Shown here piece by piece: positions 49,664-62,889 of a stretch of DNA of 64,000 bases. Numbering within the stretch: the first letter of the stretch is position 1; every line of letters begins with the position of its first letter. The notes below the pieces were generated by a model, which did no database searches, was not told the origin of the DNA, and was given only the letters and a program-made list of their open reading frames with translations. The DNA is from Lama glama (Eukaryota), in assembly GCA_028534125.1 (NCBI GenBank), contig CM052821.1, forward strand, positions 28,458,001 through 28,522,000, read 5' to 3'. The translations under genes were made by a program, and so were the position numbers.

Positions 49664-50695
49664 CTAGGTTTCTTCATGAAGACCAGGAGGCCAAGATGAC
49701 TTCAAAAATACCCTACAGTCTTAAAGATGACAGATAAGATGTGCAGACTCTCCAAGCCAGACTTCATGAGCTGTGGTCCTTTGAATTATCCAGGTACCAA
49801 CTCTGGTCTCTCAGTGCTGTTTGAAGCCATCATCTCATTCAGGGATGAGATCAGACCTGGGAGAACTGACTCATACTGTCCAGACTCGGACAAGTCAGAT
49901 TTGTCCCAGAAAGCTACTTTATGAATATGCAGTAGCAAGAAGACCTCCATCTGCTATCCAAAACACCATTTCCCTACGTTCGTGGTGTATGTGTGTTAAT
50001 ATAGTATCTAGATTTTCTTCCTAGTAAGCTGAATTAGTTATCAAGAGGTCATTTGAGCACATGGATTCAGAGCAAGACAGGCTCATGCTCCATGCTTCCA
50101 GGCTGGGATAGAGTCTGACAAATTCGCTTTGTTTCATGTGTCTGTTAGGAGTGTTTGATTGCAAGCAATAGAAACTGACCCTGGCAGCATAAAGCAGGAA
50201 AGAAGGATTACTAGGAGGATTGTAGGTGGCTCATGGAGGCTTTCCCTGACCATCCTGTCTGATGCAGTCTTCCCAGCTGGCCTCTAACCCACCACCCTAC
50301 TCCTCTCTTTCACGGGGCCTGTCTAGTGTGTAATTAGCTTGTTTACTTATTTGCCATCTGTCTTCTTTATTAGACTGCTCACCCTGTGAGGGCACAGACA
50401 TTGTCATTCTTGCTTGTACTCCAGAACCTAACACAGTGCTCAGCACACACAGTATGCTCACCAATATTTGTGTGATGACTAAAGAGTAGAAAGGAGGAGC
50501 TGAAAACTTAGAAATGACAGGAGACAGGGATGACTAGTAGCAGGAAATTCTAGGTTTCCTCATGAATACCATGAGGCCAAAATGACTTCAAATCTACCCT
50601 CCAGTCTTAAAGATGATGGAGAAGACATGCAGACTCTCCCAGCCAGACTTCATGGGCTGTGGTCCTTTGCTGAGTTATCCAGGTACTAACTCTGG
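49664..50695 (+). repeat. ~145-bp dispersed direct duplication (49664-49806 and 50550-50695)
   Basis: Manual alignment gives about 16 substitutions and one 3-bp indel over 143 aligned bases. Confidence 0.95.
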
Positions 50696-51261
50696 CATTG
50701 CCACAGAATGATGCAACTCCAACTGCATTTGTCCCTCTGTGTTTCTGCTGCAGGTTCACATGCCTAGGATGGAGAAGTCAATTGGCTCAAATTAGGACCA
50801 CATGCCCACTGTAGAGGCTGCGATGTTGGAGTCTTGGGATTGGTTGCAGAGGCTCATGTAGAACAGAGTAGGGCAGATTCTCAAAGAAATGGCTACTAGG
50901 CAGACGTTCACTCATAGCAGTCACTTTTCTTAGAGACTTGTCAGTTGGATATAGCAATTCTGCTCCCTAGAGATATTTCTATGAAAGCTCGTTTGCCTAT
51001 TGTCACTTATCTCCATGAGTTCCACCTAAGTGGGTCTCATCCACTCAAAATTCTCACGTGCTTGAGAGAGGCAGACACTCTCACTCTTCAGACATGATCT
51101 ATGTACTCTCTGCCTGGCACATCCCAGTTTATCTTTTTGTACATTTGTTTCTTATTTTCTAACTCATGAATAAAACATACGTCTACTTTACATTTGAAAA
51201 ATGTGTGTGTTTTCACTTAACCCAAATTCTTTATTTTCTGTAAACCCACATTTGGATTACT

Positions 51262-51778
51262 TTGTTGTGGCTAATACTGTTGTCTACCCAACAGCCACTC
51301 GGGGCTGCAATTCACTCAGCCCTGGGGATGAATCACAGTGGAAACCTCGTACTTCTGTGCCCATGATTGGACCAGAGCTGACATGTAACCCAAATCTGGG
51401 CTAGAAGTAGTAATGCAAGGTCTCCTGGGAACTTTTGGAAAGATTTTTCACCCTGATGAGACAGTCACATGAAAAGAAGGGTTTTTTTGTGTGTGTGTGC
51501 CTTTTCCTCCTTCTTTCTTCCTTCTTGATGGCAACACCGTCATGGAGGGACAAGATACATGGAGCAATGATGGCCATCTTGCAATATGAGGTGATAAATG
51601 AAGGGGTATCGTATAGAAGATGGTTGAGTAGAAGAATATGTACAGGCTGGTTCCTCAATTGATTTCATTCTTGAAACACAGTAATCAATCCTGGATTTAA
51701 GTAAATAATAGATGTCCGTATGGCTTACAGTTGTGCTTTTCTGTAAGTTGCAGTCAAAAGCATTCCAACCTGATTGAC
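51262..51778 (+). mobile_element. Old MLT1 (K-like) LTR
   Basis: CATGATTGG...CATGT.ACCCAA.TCTGG...GCCATCTTGCAA.ATGAGG...TTCTGT.A.TTGCAG.CAAAAGCATTCC.A.CTGAT. Confidence 0.65.
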
Positions 51779-53504
51779 CTGTCACAAATAATTCCTTCTT
51801 GATCTTAACTGTGACACCTTTGATTTGTCACATTAGAGATGCTTCTATTTCCTAGCAATAGGGTTTCAACTGAGCATTAATATGGAGTAAGTCTGAGAAA
51901 AAGCCTAAAAATTCAGTGTGTTCTCTTATTAACACTCTTCATTATTTATATCTATTTCTTATTAAGTGATCATTATGAATATCTATTCCAATAAATACTA
52001 TGGCTATTCATATAGATATCTCATATATAAATATATACGTATAATCTTTTCTTAAATTTTTTTGGTTCAATGTCACATTACAATGTAATAGACTCCAATC
52101 TGGTGTGATTTTAGAATCTCTATTCAGAGGAACTTAAAAGTGGCAATTAAATGGGAAGTGGGGGTGAGGTCTTGAAATTGCATTTGCATTGCATTTTTAA
52201 GATTGAGAAGCATGCAACTGTCCATGGCAGGGAATGGGAGGGGCTGAGGCAGCCCCAAGCACCCTCACCTGTACCTTGTCATGACTGCCGATAGCTTCAC
52301 CCTTAAAACCAACTGCTTAAGGATTTAAACATTCCACGTGGAAGACAAGGCATCAGTTTTTGAAGGTTTTACAGCATGGGCCTCCAAGATTGAAAACTTG
52401 ATGGAATCATACAACTTTACATCTGCACTGTCATCCATGCTGTCTTAATCACTTTATCTTGCAAGGCTGGATGGATGATCACTGGCATTTCACATAAGAG
52501 ATTCAGGTTCAGAGGGTTTAAGTGGCTGCTCAAAACACACAGCTAACCAGCAGAACCAGTTCTACAACCTTGGTTTTCTGGTCACTACTCTTCCTACCCC
52601 CCAAGTTCTCAGTTTAGAGAAGAGGTCCTTAGGGTCTAGAACAGTGTGTCTAAAAAGGAATGTTCCTGGTCCATTAAAAGGAGCCTTTTTAAGAGCATAC
52701 CTTTTCCTAGCAGGGAAGAGGAACAGAAGATAAGAGGGTCTGGAAAAGAAATGTAGTCCAATCACTCAGTGGATCTAGAAGGCGGCTCCCCTATTTTTCT
52801 CCGGAGTAGTAACTGCAGTCTGTCCCCTATTTGCCTAAAGGATACTGACCTGTCTCAGCTGGAACCAGCACACTGGGAGGAACTCTACATTTCTGAGCAG
52901 AAAAGAGAATGAGCAGGCAGGCCCCATGCGTCTCCCTGCACAGGTGGTTTGGAGAAGCGTGTTTCTAATTCCTCTATAGGAGTGTGATCTGAGAGGAGGG
53001 GTCTGTGTCCTCAAGAAAGGAAGCCTGTCTTCAGTAGGCTGGCAGACCAACAGAACAGAGGATTTAAGTCAAAATCAGCCCAGAGTTTTCCAAGCCCAAA
53101 GGGAAATCCAACTCCAGAAGAGACATGGAAAGTTCGAATAGAGCCAGAATGGAGCAGAGAGGAAAGAAAGCAAAAGGAAAACTCATGTTGACAGACTGAC
53201 TGACTGAAAAGGGTCATACATAAATGTGAAGAGAAGGAGATTCTGACTTCTCAGCTCAGGACCAGAGTAATGATGTAATCAGCATAAGTGAGACACAGTG
53301 GCCTGGCAAAACTGCCAAGAATGTGGGCTGAAGGAGCCTGGGTTATTCCAGGTTGCCACGATTTTTAGCCAAAAGCAATAGAGCTTGGCAGGGAGAGCAG
53401 GAGGACTTATGCCTCCAGGATGTCCATGTATACTCTGAGGTCCAGGACAAAGGAGTCTTATTCATTCTCTTACTCTACTGGCCAGTGAGTGGAGCTAGCA
53501 GTTG

Positions 53505-53735
53505 AGTGTAGCCTTTGAAGGCATAAAATATGAAATCAGACAGACTAGAGTTTAAATCCTGGTGCCATCATTGACTTGTTGTGTGACTTTGGCAAAGTGA
53601 CTTAACCTCTCTGTGCCTCACAGTCTTCACCTGTGGGCTAACCAGAGCACCTTATTGATAAGGTGGTGTGAGAATGAAATACGATGTGTTCTGAAAAGTA
53701 CTTAGTCTAGTTTCTGACACAGAGTAAGAATTCAC
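53505..53735 (+). mobile_element. MIR SINE
   Basis: TCAGACAGAC...GTTTAAATCC...TGTGTGACTTTGGCAAAGTGACTTAACCTCTCTGTGCCTCA. Confidence 0.85.
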
Positions 53736-55074
53736 TCTTAAACTACTCTTTTTCGTAATAGAGTACACATTGAGGTAAACAGTGAAGGGAGAAAGGCAGG
53801 AGAGTGGTAAACGTGGATACTATACACACAATAAAAATGCATCCAGTGAATGAAAGGAAAAGAAGTGAAGACTAAGAATAGGGTCTGGACCATCAGTGAC
53901 CAAGAAGAAAGCAGACGCATTATCTCAAATACTTTCACCAACAGGACTTTTGATTTGTATTAGGTTAGCACGAGATGAGAAATTCTGTACCCCTCGAGAT
54001 TATCACCTGGAAAAAAATACTGCATGACACAGTCTTTCAAATAAATGCCCACGTGTGGAGATAATTTCTTTCTTTACAAAAACCACAACTGTGACCTTTT
54101 AAATACCACTCCCTACGGGGCTCTGCTTCTTCCTGACTGTATGACCCAGGGCAAGTGATTCAATTCCCTCACGCCTTCTTTTCCTCATCAGGAATGAAAT
54201 GGGGGATAATAATAGTACCGGCTTCAGAAGGTGATGGTGAGGATCACATCAATTAACATGTGTAAAGCTCTTTAAAAAGCTGTGGCAGACACGAGAGTAT
54301 CAGCCCCATCGATGCCACAGCACACAAGCAACCCCTGTGGGATGTGTAAACTTTCCCGCCCACCCACCCACCATCCCACTGTCTAATAATGGCCCCATTT
54401 AATATTTGGTATACATTCTTCCCACCTTTCCCCATGCACATAGTCATACAAATATTCATTTGTTTCTCCCAAAGGGGATCATTCTGTAGTGTTTTCTTAC
54501 GACCTGCTTTCCCACCTAGCAACATATGGTGCAGATCTGTCCACCTGTCAGCCTCCCTCAACTTCAGGGATCGTCGGCATCCTCTATGGGTCTCAGCAGG
54601 GTCAGTCTGGGTTTCAGCTGTTTCTTCTCACTTCCTGCGTCCTCTCGCTCTCCCAGCTGCGCCTGTACCTCTGCTCACTCACCGGCTGCTGCCTTCCTCC
54701 TTCTCTAAGCCTCCTGCCCACCCCACTCCCCAACAATGGGATGTGGCTAAGCTACCCCGAAAGGAGGGCTTGATCAGGGAAGTTTTACTTCTTTTTATGG
54801 CTTCCCTCTCCTCTCAGTTTTCCAAAACAGCACCAACCATGGTTGTGTGTGTTTAATTGACTTTTCCAAAGTGTTAAATGTACGAACGAAAATGTTGAGA
54901 GGGGAAAAAACTTAACATTTGTCATCAACTGTTTCTTGAGTCCTAGCAGGGGGGAAAAGTAATTATACCCTTCATAGGAAATCCCTTCATTGGCACTCAC
55001 AGCCCCACCCTGCCCCCCAGTTTCCAGGCTGGGAAACAAGCTTTCTCGTGGCCCCTCTCCTCCCTGTCCACACC

Positions 55075-55420
55075 ATCACCAGGCAAACCTGCAACCCTCA
55101 GGTGATATTCAACCGTCAGAGATGGTTTGGCCAAACCAGTTGCTTAAAATTTTCGTTTGAATGAGTGGTCATCATTTTAAAAACCAGGAGATTTTATTTA
55201 CAAACCGGGATTTCTGGCTTCTCCTGAATGATGAAAAGCTCTGGCAACACTGAGCCCACATTCCTGAATGGCAACAATTTGGGAGCTGAGTTCTCTTGCT
55301 CCACATCAATGGAACATGTGTCCTCCAGGTGCCCATGGGCCCCACTGGTTTCTATCAGATGACACTGGGTGGCATCACTCGTTTATTTACCTGCCTGGCT
55401 CCTTGGGAGTTTGAGTCCAA
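55075..55420. mobile_element. MER102 (hAT-Charlie)
   Basis: TTTAAAAA.C.GGAGATTT...GGATTTCTGGCTTCTC.TGAA...TCTGGCAACACTG.GCCCACATTCC...ATGGCAACAAT...TTACCTGCCTGGC.CCT. Confidence 0.75.
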
Positions 55421-58237
55421 GTAGAGAAAAAAATATACACTATCAGCTCCCCACATTCACTGAGAACATGCCTTAGAACCTTCCCCTCTACCCACGTGGT
55501 TGCCTTCATCTGGCTGATTTCAGTGTCTAGGAGTCCTGTCCACATCCCACCAGAGGACAAGGCCAGCTGGGCAAAAGCCTTCTGCTCCAGGGTGGTGTCC
55601 AAGAAGGAGGGTCCCTGGGGAGAGGGTACACTGAAGGGATCTGAGCACCAGGAGAGAAAGGTGGGGTCATTGTTGGGAACAGTCAAAGCCATTACTTGAA
55701 AACGGAGCAAAAATGATGCAAGGAATCTGAGGAAAGAGGCCAAGGCAACGGTGAAGCTGGTGAAACTGATGGCTGAGAGGGTTAGTGCACACAGGATAAG
55801 ACGGGGCACAGCTCAGGTCATCCAGGACTTACTCCTCGGACAGGGCTTGTGAGGTTTTCCCCATTTCATGTAATGCCCACAAGGTCATGGGAGCAGAATG
55901 TCCACATGGTTGGGCAGGGGCCCTCACCTCTATTGTCCTTGTGCAGCCACCTCTATTATCGTGTCCCGGGTCTTGTCATCATCCAGAGGTGTTCTCTGCC
56001 AGGAATCTTCAACTCTAACCTCGAGGCTTCAGACCTCAAATGTCTAGCCTTTCAGCATTCTTGTTGAGGACTCCATCCAAGTCTACTAATCTCTTTGCTT
56101 TACTTTCTTCCTGCCCAACCTGGATCCCACCAGCCATCAGTTTGAATGCATGTGCTCTGCTCCCTCACAATGTTCTCTTCCAAAGCCTGCCCTCCAAACC
56201 ACCAACCTTCGTCCAACCAATAACCCCCTCTCCACCCTATGCTGGGTCACTGAGGGCTGCTGAGCCAACCAGTGCCTCACCCAACACCCAACTTCTTGAA
56301 GCCTCCCACTGCACTAAGTCTCGGACCTTAAAAGCTCTCTCGATCCTACCTCCAACTTGTCCACATCTCCACCCATCTTATTTCTGTTTCTACTACCTCA
56401 GAGAGTCCTCACTCCTATTCTTGGGACCCATCTTCTCTTATCCCTCTAGGACTTTGTTCTTTCAATAATCCTTACTGTCTCTTATGTCTCAACTTTTCCC
56501 TCTCTCCTGAGTCCTACTCGGCCACTAAGCATATCTACATTTCTCCATCTCTAAAGAAAAGTGCCCGGGAACTTTGGTGGAAATGACTACAAAATGATAA
56601 CATTCAGCGTTCTAAGGAAGGAAGGAGAGAGATCAGTGAGGCAAAGAAAACAGGCTGCAGGAAGGTGGATTTCTTCAAGTCCGGGGTTTTGGCAAGAAAA
56701 GCTAATGGGAATGAAATCTGAGGGACAAAGGGTCTGAGGGAACCGGATGCCCTTTTCACATCATATACTAAATTCATCATAACACCCTTCTCGTGGGTAC
56801 TATGCAGCTCAAACAGTGTTTCACCCAGTTCTCACTTCAGTCCAGTCACTCACCCAGAGGTAGGCACGGGTGAGTGGGTGGGACAGAGTGGGCGAGGACT
56901 GGCTCTGGGGACTCCGGGAGCTGCTGGCACTGAGCTGGGGTGGGACCAGATATGCACAAGAAAGAAGGGGAAGGAAATCCCAAGTGGCTGCCGCCAACAG
57001 GGTAAAGCAGGGAGGTGCTGGTGCTGCCTGGCAGGAGAGATCATCTGCACAGAAAGGATGCAGCCAAAACAGATTTCTTAGACCCAGGAATGCTTGCAAA
57101 AAGAAATTCATCTTTAAGGAGGACCATGAAGGATTACTGATGGCAGAAAATGATGCCATTATTAAAGGCTGCTGTGATCACAAAGTTAAAAACCCGTCTT
57201 TCCATCTACGATAGAAAAAGAGAGGATCCAGGGAACTAGCCGTCTTAGAAAAATGTTGAAACAAAAGGGCTGTGTGAACAACTACCGAAGCACAGCCTCT
57301 GTAAAAAGAGCTCCACCGCAGCTGAATCAAACACGGCCCCCTTGCATGAGCTCTGGAGGTGAGGCCAGGAGGCTTAACCCTACTTCCCTAGCCATGAGAG
57401 CCTCCCTGCACCTCTGTTTTCTTCATCTTAATAATCCCACCACCCAGGCGCCCTCAGAGATGTGGCAGGAATCAAATGTGACAGCACAGGGGAAAGTGCT
57501 TTGGGAATTACAAAGTCTTATGCAAAAATAACCCAGTGCTCCTGACAGCGGTGAAAGCTGGTAAAGGAAACTAAAGCAGCCACTGCCTTCAAGTGAAGGG
57601 GGCTGAATGGGTCTGGATGTGAGGATGGTGAGAATAGACACTACACCAAGGGGGAAGTGAAACTCTGAAGGCTGGAGCAGGGGGCTTGAGGAAGGAAGAA
57701 CTTGTTAAAGAGGCCAAGGAAACTGCCACCTCCACTAAGTATGTAAACCCAGATCTTTCAAGGTAAACTCCAGCAGGGGATTCTCCCCTAGGGTTTCCTT
57801 CTCAGCCACACAGAGGACCAGTGTTCGATTTTACTTAAAGAAGACTGCAGAGTTCTTACAAGATGAAATCTCCATCTCATGCAAAGGGAAAGAAAGACTC
57901 CAGTAATTACAAACTGTCCACTGTCTAGAGAAGAGGTTGCATGACATGATGGAAAGACAGAGGCTTTGGATCCCGGCTGACTGGGTTCAAACATGCCCCT
58001 TGGTAGTAAGGTGGTACTTCGTTCTCAGTTCAACTACTCAATGTGTATAAAATGGAAGTGACAATGTTGATCCCAAAGGATGAGATTAGACAATATGGGA
58101 AAAGCACCTCAGCATATGATGAGCACTCAGTCCAACAGTTCCCTGGGTGCTAGGTACTAAAGAAGGAGGTTCTGGCGTGAGCAGATTTTCTTGAACCAAT
58201 TTACTCTCTGCCTGGAAAGGGAAGTCATACATCTGGA

Positions 58238-58456
58238 GAGTGGATCTCAACTTGGGGTTGATTTTGCCCCCTAGGGGACATTTGGCAATGTCTGGAGACA
58301 TTTTCAGTTGTCATAATTTGGTAGAAAGTTGCTACTAGAATCTAGTTGGTAGAGTCCATGGAGGCTGCTAAATATCCTACAATGCACAGGACAGCCTCTC
58401 AGAACACAGAATTCTCTGCTTCCAAATGTCAACAGTGCCAAGATTGAGAAGCCCTG
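58238..58456 (+). mobile_element. MER20, near full length
   Basis: GATTTTGCCCCC.AGGGGACATTTGGCAATGTCTGGAGACATTTT...GCTGCTAAA.ATCCTACAATGCACAGGACAGCC...TTGAGAA.CCCTG. Confidence 0.9.
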
Positions 58457-60282
58457 GCCCAGCCCAAAGCTGGGTCTTTACTGTTCCTTCCGCAGTGTTT
58501 AGTCAATATGCCAAGTGAACCCAACTGCACGGGTAGAGGTTCATGCTCTGAAGCAGCCAGTGTGGGGAAACGTTCATCGGTCACTAAAATGTGCTAGTGT
58601 AGGGCTCCTAACAATCTTTGTCTGAGGCTGGAGTAATTCATTTAGAACGTGTTTACACATTACACAAAGAATATCAGGTTTGGGGACATTAACTGTTTGG
58701 AGGAGGGAAATCGTGTCCTACCTCACCTTCAGAAACAAGAGAAGTAGTTTTCCAAAAGCAGCATGGAATCCTCATTGGGGAAAAATCAGTGAGGCTCACG
58801 GGCCATGGAAATGACCTGAAGGTCACCGAGGACTAACATTTAAATATGGTGAAGGGTCGAGACTGTGAGATATAAAGGTTGAGCCAGACTCCTTCAGGGT
58901 CCTCAGACTGAGGAAGGCCATTTTCAATTGCTCAGTGCAGGGCTTCATATTTTTAAAAGAGATACGAAGAAATCCACAGAAAAACCACAACAATAGCTGG
59001 AAAACAAAAAGAGCTTTCTGAAAACAGGCAAAAGAGTTTAGGTTTTTTTTTTTTTTTTTTAACATGGAAAAGAGAGGACTGAGTATGTATGGATTCAAAT
59101 AAGAAAGATTATCACCAGGAGAAAAATGGCCAGCTGTTTTCCATCTCCATGGAGGAGCAAATTATAGGAAATGGGCTGAGATTACAGCACAATGGTGGTT
59201 ATGAATATGAAAGCATTTCCTAATTGGAACCTGGAACAGACTTCAGAGGAAGACCATTCAATTCCCATTACTCAAGTTTGCTAAAAATAGGTTAAGTATT
59301 GACCTGACCACAGACAGGGGACTGGATGTGATGACTTCTTGAGCCCCTTGGTTTTCTCATTCTTTTTGCCTATGTCTTCACGAGGCACAGCTAATTTGCT
59401 GATGCACAAAAAATTCAGTTGTTCCACTGTATGGCAAGTTTCTTAGACAGTCCACCTGATGGCTTTTCATTGACTGCATTTTTAAGTTGACTGGTGGTTT
59501 TAGAGTCATTTGACAGAGCCTGTAACTTCATGACATTCGCTTTACTCCTTGAGCTTGGACGTGAGCCTATAAATGACATGCTTACGGGTCATCGAGTCAG
59601 CCTTGTACTGACCGTAATGTTTAGTAGCCCAGCTCCACGAGTCGCCAGGTTCTTTAATGCTCAGACTAATACACACTTTGATGTAACCTGAACCAGTCAT
59701 TCACACCAGATTAAATAAGGTGAGGAAATGATTCCAGGCTTTCAATTTGTTCCAAGGGTGTGCTCTTTGTGTCTAGAGTGTATTACTGTATTCATGTTGA
59801 AGCCAACATCTGAGTCTGAATGTGCCAGGTGGGGAGTTGGGGAAAAAAGATGTGATCCTGCTGTTTCTGGCACTGTACAGAAATGAATCCATTCCATTTC
59901 CAAGTGAACTTACTAAATGGCTGATAGAAAAGTACCCCACCTATGGCAGCCTCCTGTCATGTACTATGAGAGCATCAAACTACTGCGTTTCCTTGGGCCA
60001 TCTTGTACACATACTTCAACTTTTTTATGCTTACACTGTAAGTGGGAGCAGCAATGTAGATTGACTTGTTATCCATTAAGTTTTTAGCTTCTCTGCTAAA
60101 AAAAAGTTCCTCTGCAAACGTTCATTATTAGAAGCACCAGTAACCAGTAATTCCCTTGTTCTTAAAAGGTACAGAAAAAACAGTAAAATCATTGATGAGA
60201 ATACAAAATGGTGCACATTCAATGGGAAATAAGTTTTGTCAAGGCAGAATTCTATACAAGGGCCTGTTGACCTGGTTTTATC

Positions 60283-60800
60283 CCTGTGGCCTGCTCTTTG
60301 GCTGTTGATTAACAACCAATCCTTCCTTCTTCCTTTGGTAATATAGCCTCTGAGTTCAGCAAGACCTATGACTGTTTAACTAAAGACTACATTTTTTAGC
60401 ATCCCTTGCACTTAGGTGAGGTAAAGAATGAGTTTTGACTGATGAGATGTGGGCAGAAATGATGTGTGCCATTTCTGGTCCATGACCTTAAAGCAAAAAG
60501 ATAACACCACCCTCCATGTCTTCCTTCTCCCCTTTCTATAGGCTGGGAGGCAGACATGATGGCAGGATCTGGAACAGCCACCTTTAACCATGAGACAGAA
60601 ATTCTCTGTTGAGGATAATGGAGAATTGAGATGGAAGAAACTTGGATTTCCACTATCATGGAGCCTGCACATTAACCTTGAACTATTTATGCTTTGACTG
60701 TTACAGGACAAAAAAAAATAAATATCTATTATTCAAGCTACTAGCTACTATTATTTTGACTTTCATAGCAATAGTCAAACTGGTAGCCTAACTATTACCT
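60283..60800 (+). mobile_element. MLT1J-like LTR
   Basis: AAAGACTACATTT...CCCTTGCA.TTAGGTG...TGAGATGTG.GCAGAA.TGATGTGTGCCA.TTCTGG...CAGCCA.CTT..ACCATGAG. Confidence 0.8.
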
Positions 60801-61074
60801 AATCCTCTGGGCACCAGAACTTCAAGTGTTTTGTTCATTCAGCAGAAAATATATGTATTGTTTGAGATAGGGAGATAGATAGACAAACAACACACACATA
60901 CATGGATGGACACCACACACATACACACACACTATTCACAACAATATTTGAGACTTATCAACAAAGAACTGGTTGTAAAGAACTCACCCCACACTCGGTC
61001 ATATGAGCTACGTACAACTTGCTTTGTGTTTTTCTATATAACGAACTAACAGACAGAGAATGATAACAGGCCCT

Positions 61075-61300
61075 CTAGTGAGGTGGCAAAGAGCACGTGC
61101 TCAGGAGCCAGGCAGCGATCCAGCTCAACGGCCAGGCTTAATCTCACTGAGTGTCCAGTTTCCCCATCTGCACAAGGAGGGTAATAATTGTTTCTGCTTC
61201 TGGGATGTCATGAGGATTACATGAAATTCTACAGGTAAAGTGCTTATTAGAAGATGGCCTGGCACATACTAAGCACTAAATAAAACTTCACTGCTATTAC
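61075..61300 (+). mobile_element. MIR SINE
   Basis: CTTAATCTC.CTGAG...CAGTTTCCCCATCTG...GGTAATAAT...TGAGGATTA.ATGA...GTAAAGTGCTTA...GCCTGGCACATA.TAAGCACT.AATAAA. Confidence 0.8.
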
Positions 61301-61628
61301 AATTCTTAGTTTCTCTCACTGATTGGCCAGTGATAATGCTAAAGAAACGTGGCTAAGGAAATGGTTCTACCCTGCTCTTATGTACTTGTATGTTTTGCCC
61401 TTGGTCTTATTTAAGATGCCTGATCCAAAATGTTTGCTTCTTACCTTATTAGTGAGTCCCAATTTCTGCTTATGCCTATGCTTCAGGTCCTTTTAGAACT
61501 GCTGTATCATTGTATTTTTGTAAATTGATTTCTAAAGGAAGCTTGAACAGTAGCAATTATATAGCTGCAGCCCTCTGTCTCTAACTGGAATCTCTCTCTC
61601 TCCCTCCTCCCTCCCTCCTCTATCTGTC

Positions 61629-62060
61629 TTTTTCTTTCTACATAACAGTTTTATTGAGATATAATTCACATACATGTAATTCACCTCTGTAGGTAAAATG
61701 TGCAATTCAGTGGTTTTCAGTATATTCACAGAGTTGGGCAACCAGCACCACAGTGAATTCCAAACATTTCGATCACTCTGAAAAGAAGGTGTCCCCATTA
61801 GCCATCACTCCCCATTTGTCCTGCAGCCCTGCGTAACCACGAATTGACTTTCAATCTTTATATAGATTCACAAAGTCTTGACATTTCCTATAAACAGAAT
61901 CATACAGTCTCTGATTTCTCACGTCTGGTTTCTCTTACTTAGCATGATGTTTTCAAGGTTCATTTATGTTGTAGCATATACCAATTCTCAATTCCTTTTT
62001 ATGGCTGGATAGTGTTCTATTATAGGGATATACCACACTCACTTCATCCATGCCAATCAT
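61629..62060 (-). mobile_element. L1MB-type 3' end
   Basis: TTTATTGAGATATAATTCACATAC...CAATTCAGTGGTTTT.AGTATATTCACAGAGTTG.GCAACCA.CACCAC...TTAGCAT.ATGTTTTCAAGGTTCAT..ATGTTGTAGCAT. Confidence 0.9.
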
Positions 62061-62169
62061 ACCTCAGTGAAGGCTGGCGGTGGGCATATCATCATCTGGT
62101 AACTCATAGTTATACTCAATTCAGAAAGACTCAGCAATTGGATTCTAAAGTTAGTGACTGTTTGATGAG

Positions 62170-62889
62170 GGAGTATCTGTCACAAATTACCTCTTAGTTA
62201 CAAAGAGAAAAATAGTTATTTTACAGTAGAGAAACCAGCAGACACCATCTTCATGACCAAAGTTAACATCACCAAGAATGGAACAAACTGACATGATGTA
62301 TCTCATGATCCTGAAAAGAAACACTATCACGTCTGTGGGATCCCTGCCCAAAATACATTACCTGAATCTAACCATGAAGAAACCTCAGACAAACCCAAAC
62401 TGAGGAACATTTTATAAAGTAACTAGTTAGAACTCAAAAAATGTCAAGGTCATGGAACAGAATCTAAGGAACACATACAAATTAAAGGAGACCAAAGAGA
62501 CATGGCAAATAAATGGGAACTGGGATCCTAGACTGGATTCTGGGCCAGAAATACAAATTGTTTTTGCAACAAAGAAAATTATTGGGAAAATTAGTAAAAT
62601 TTGTTAATTAAGAAAAAGTATTGTGTCAGTTTCAATTTCCTAATGTGAAAACTGTACTGTTATCACACTGTGCAAGAATGTCCACAATCTTGGGAAATAT
62701 ACAGTGAGAACTATTTCTCTCCAATGGTTCAGAAAAAATAATACACACACACACAAAATGATAGAATGATAAAACAATTAGGTAATTGTTAACAACTGGG
62801 GAATCTGAATGAAGAGCATGTAGGAGTTCTTCGTATTCTTGAAACTTTTCTGTAAGTCTGAAATCATTTCAAAATAAAAATTTCCAAAA
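62170..62889 (+). mobile_element. L1MC4/L1MC5-type 3' UTR
   Basis: TTTACAGT.GAGAAACC.GCAGACACCA.CTT...AAAGTTAACATCACCA...CCTGAATCTAA.CATGA.GAAAC.TCAGACAAACCCAAA.TGAGG.ACATT...AACTTTTCTGTAAGT.TGAAAT.ATTTCAAAATAAAAA. Confidence 0.88.
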
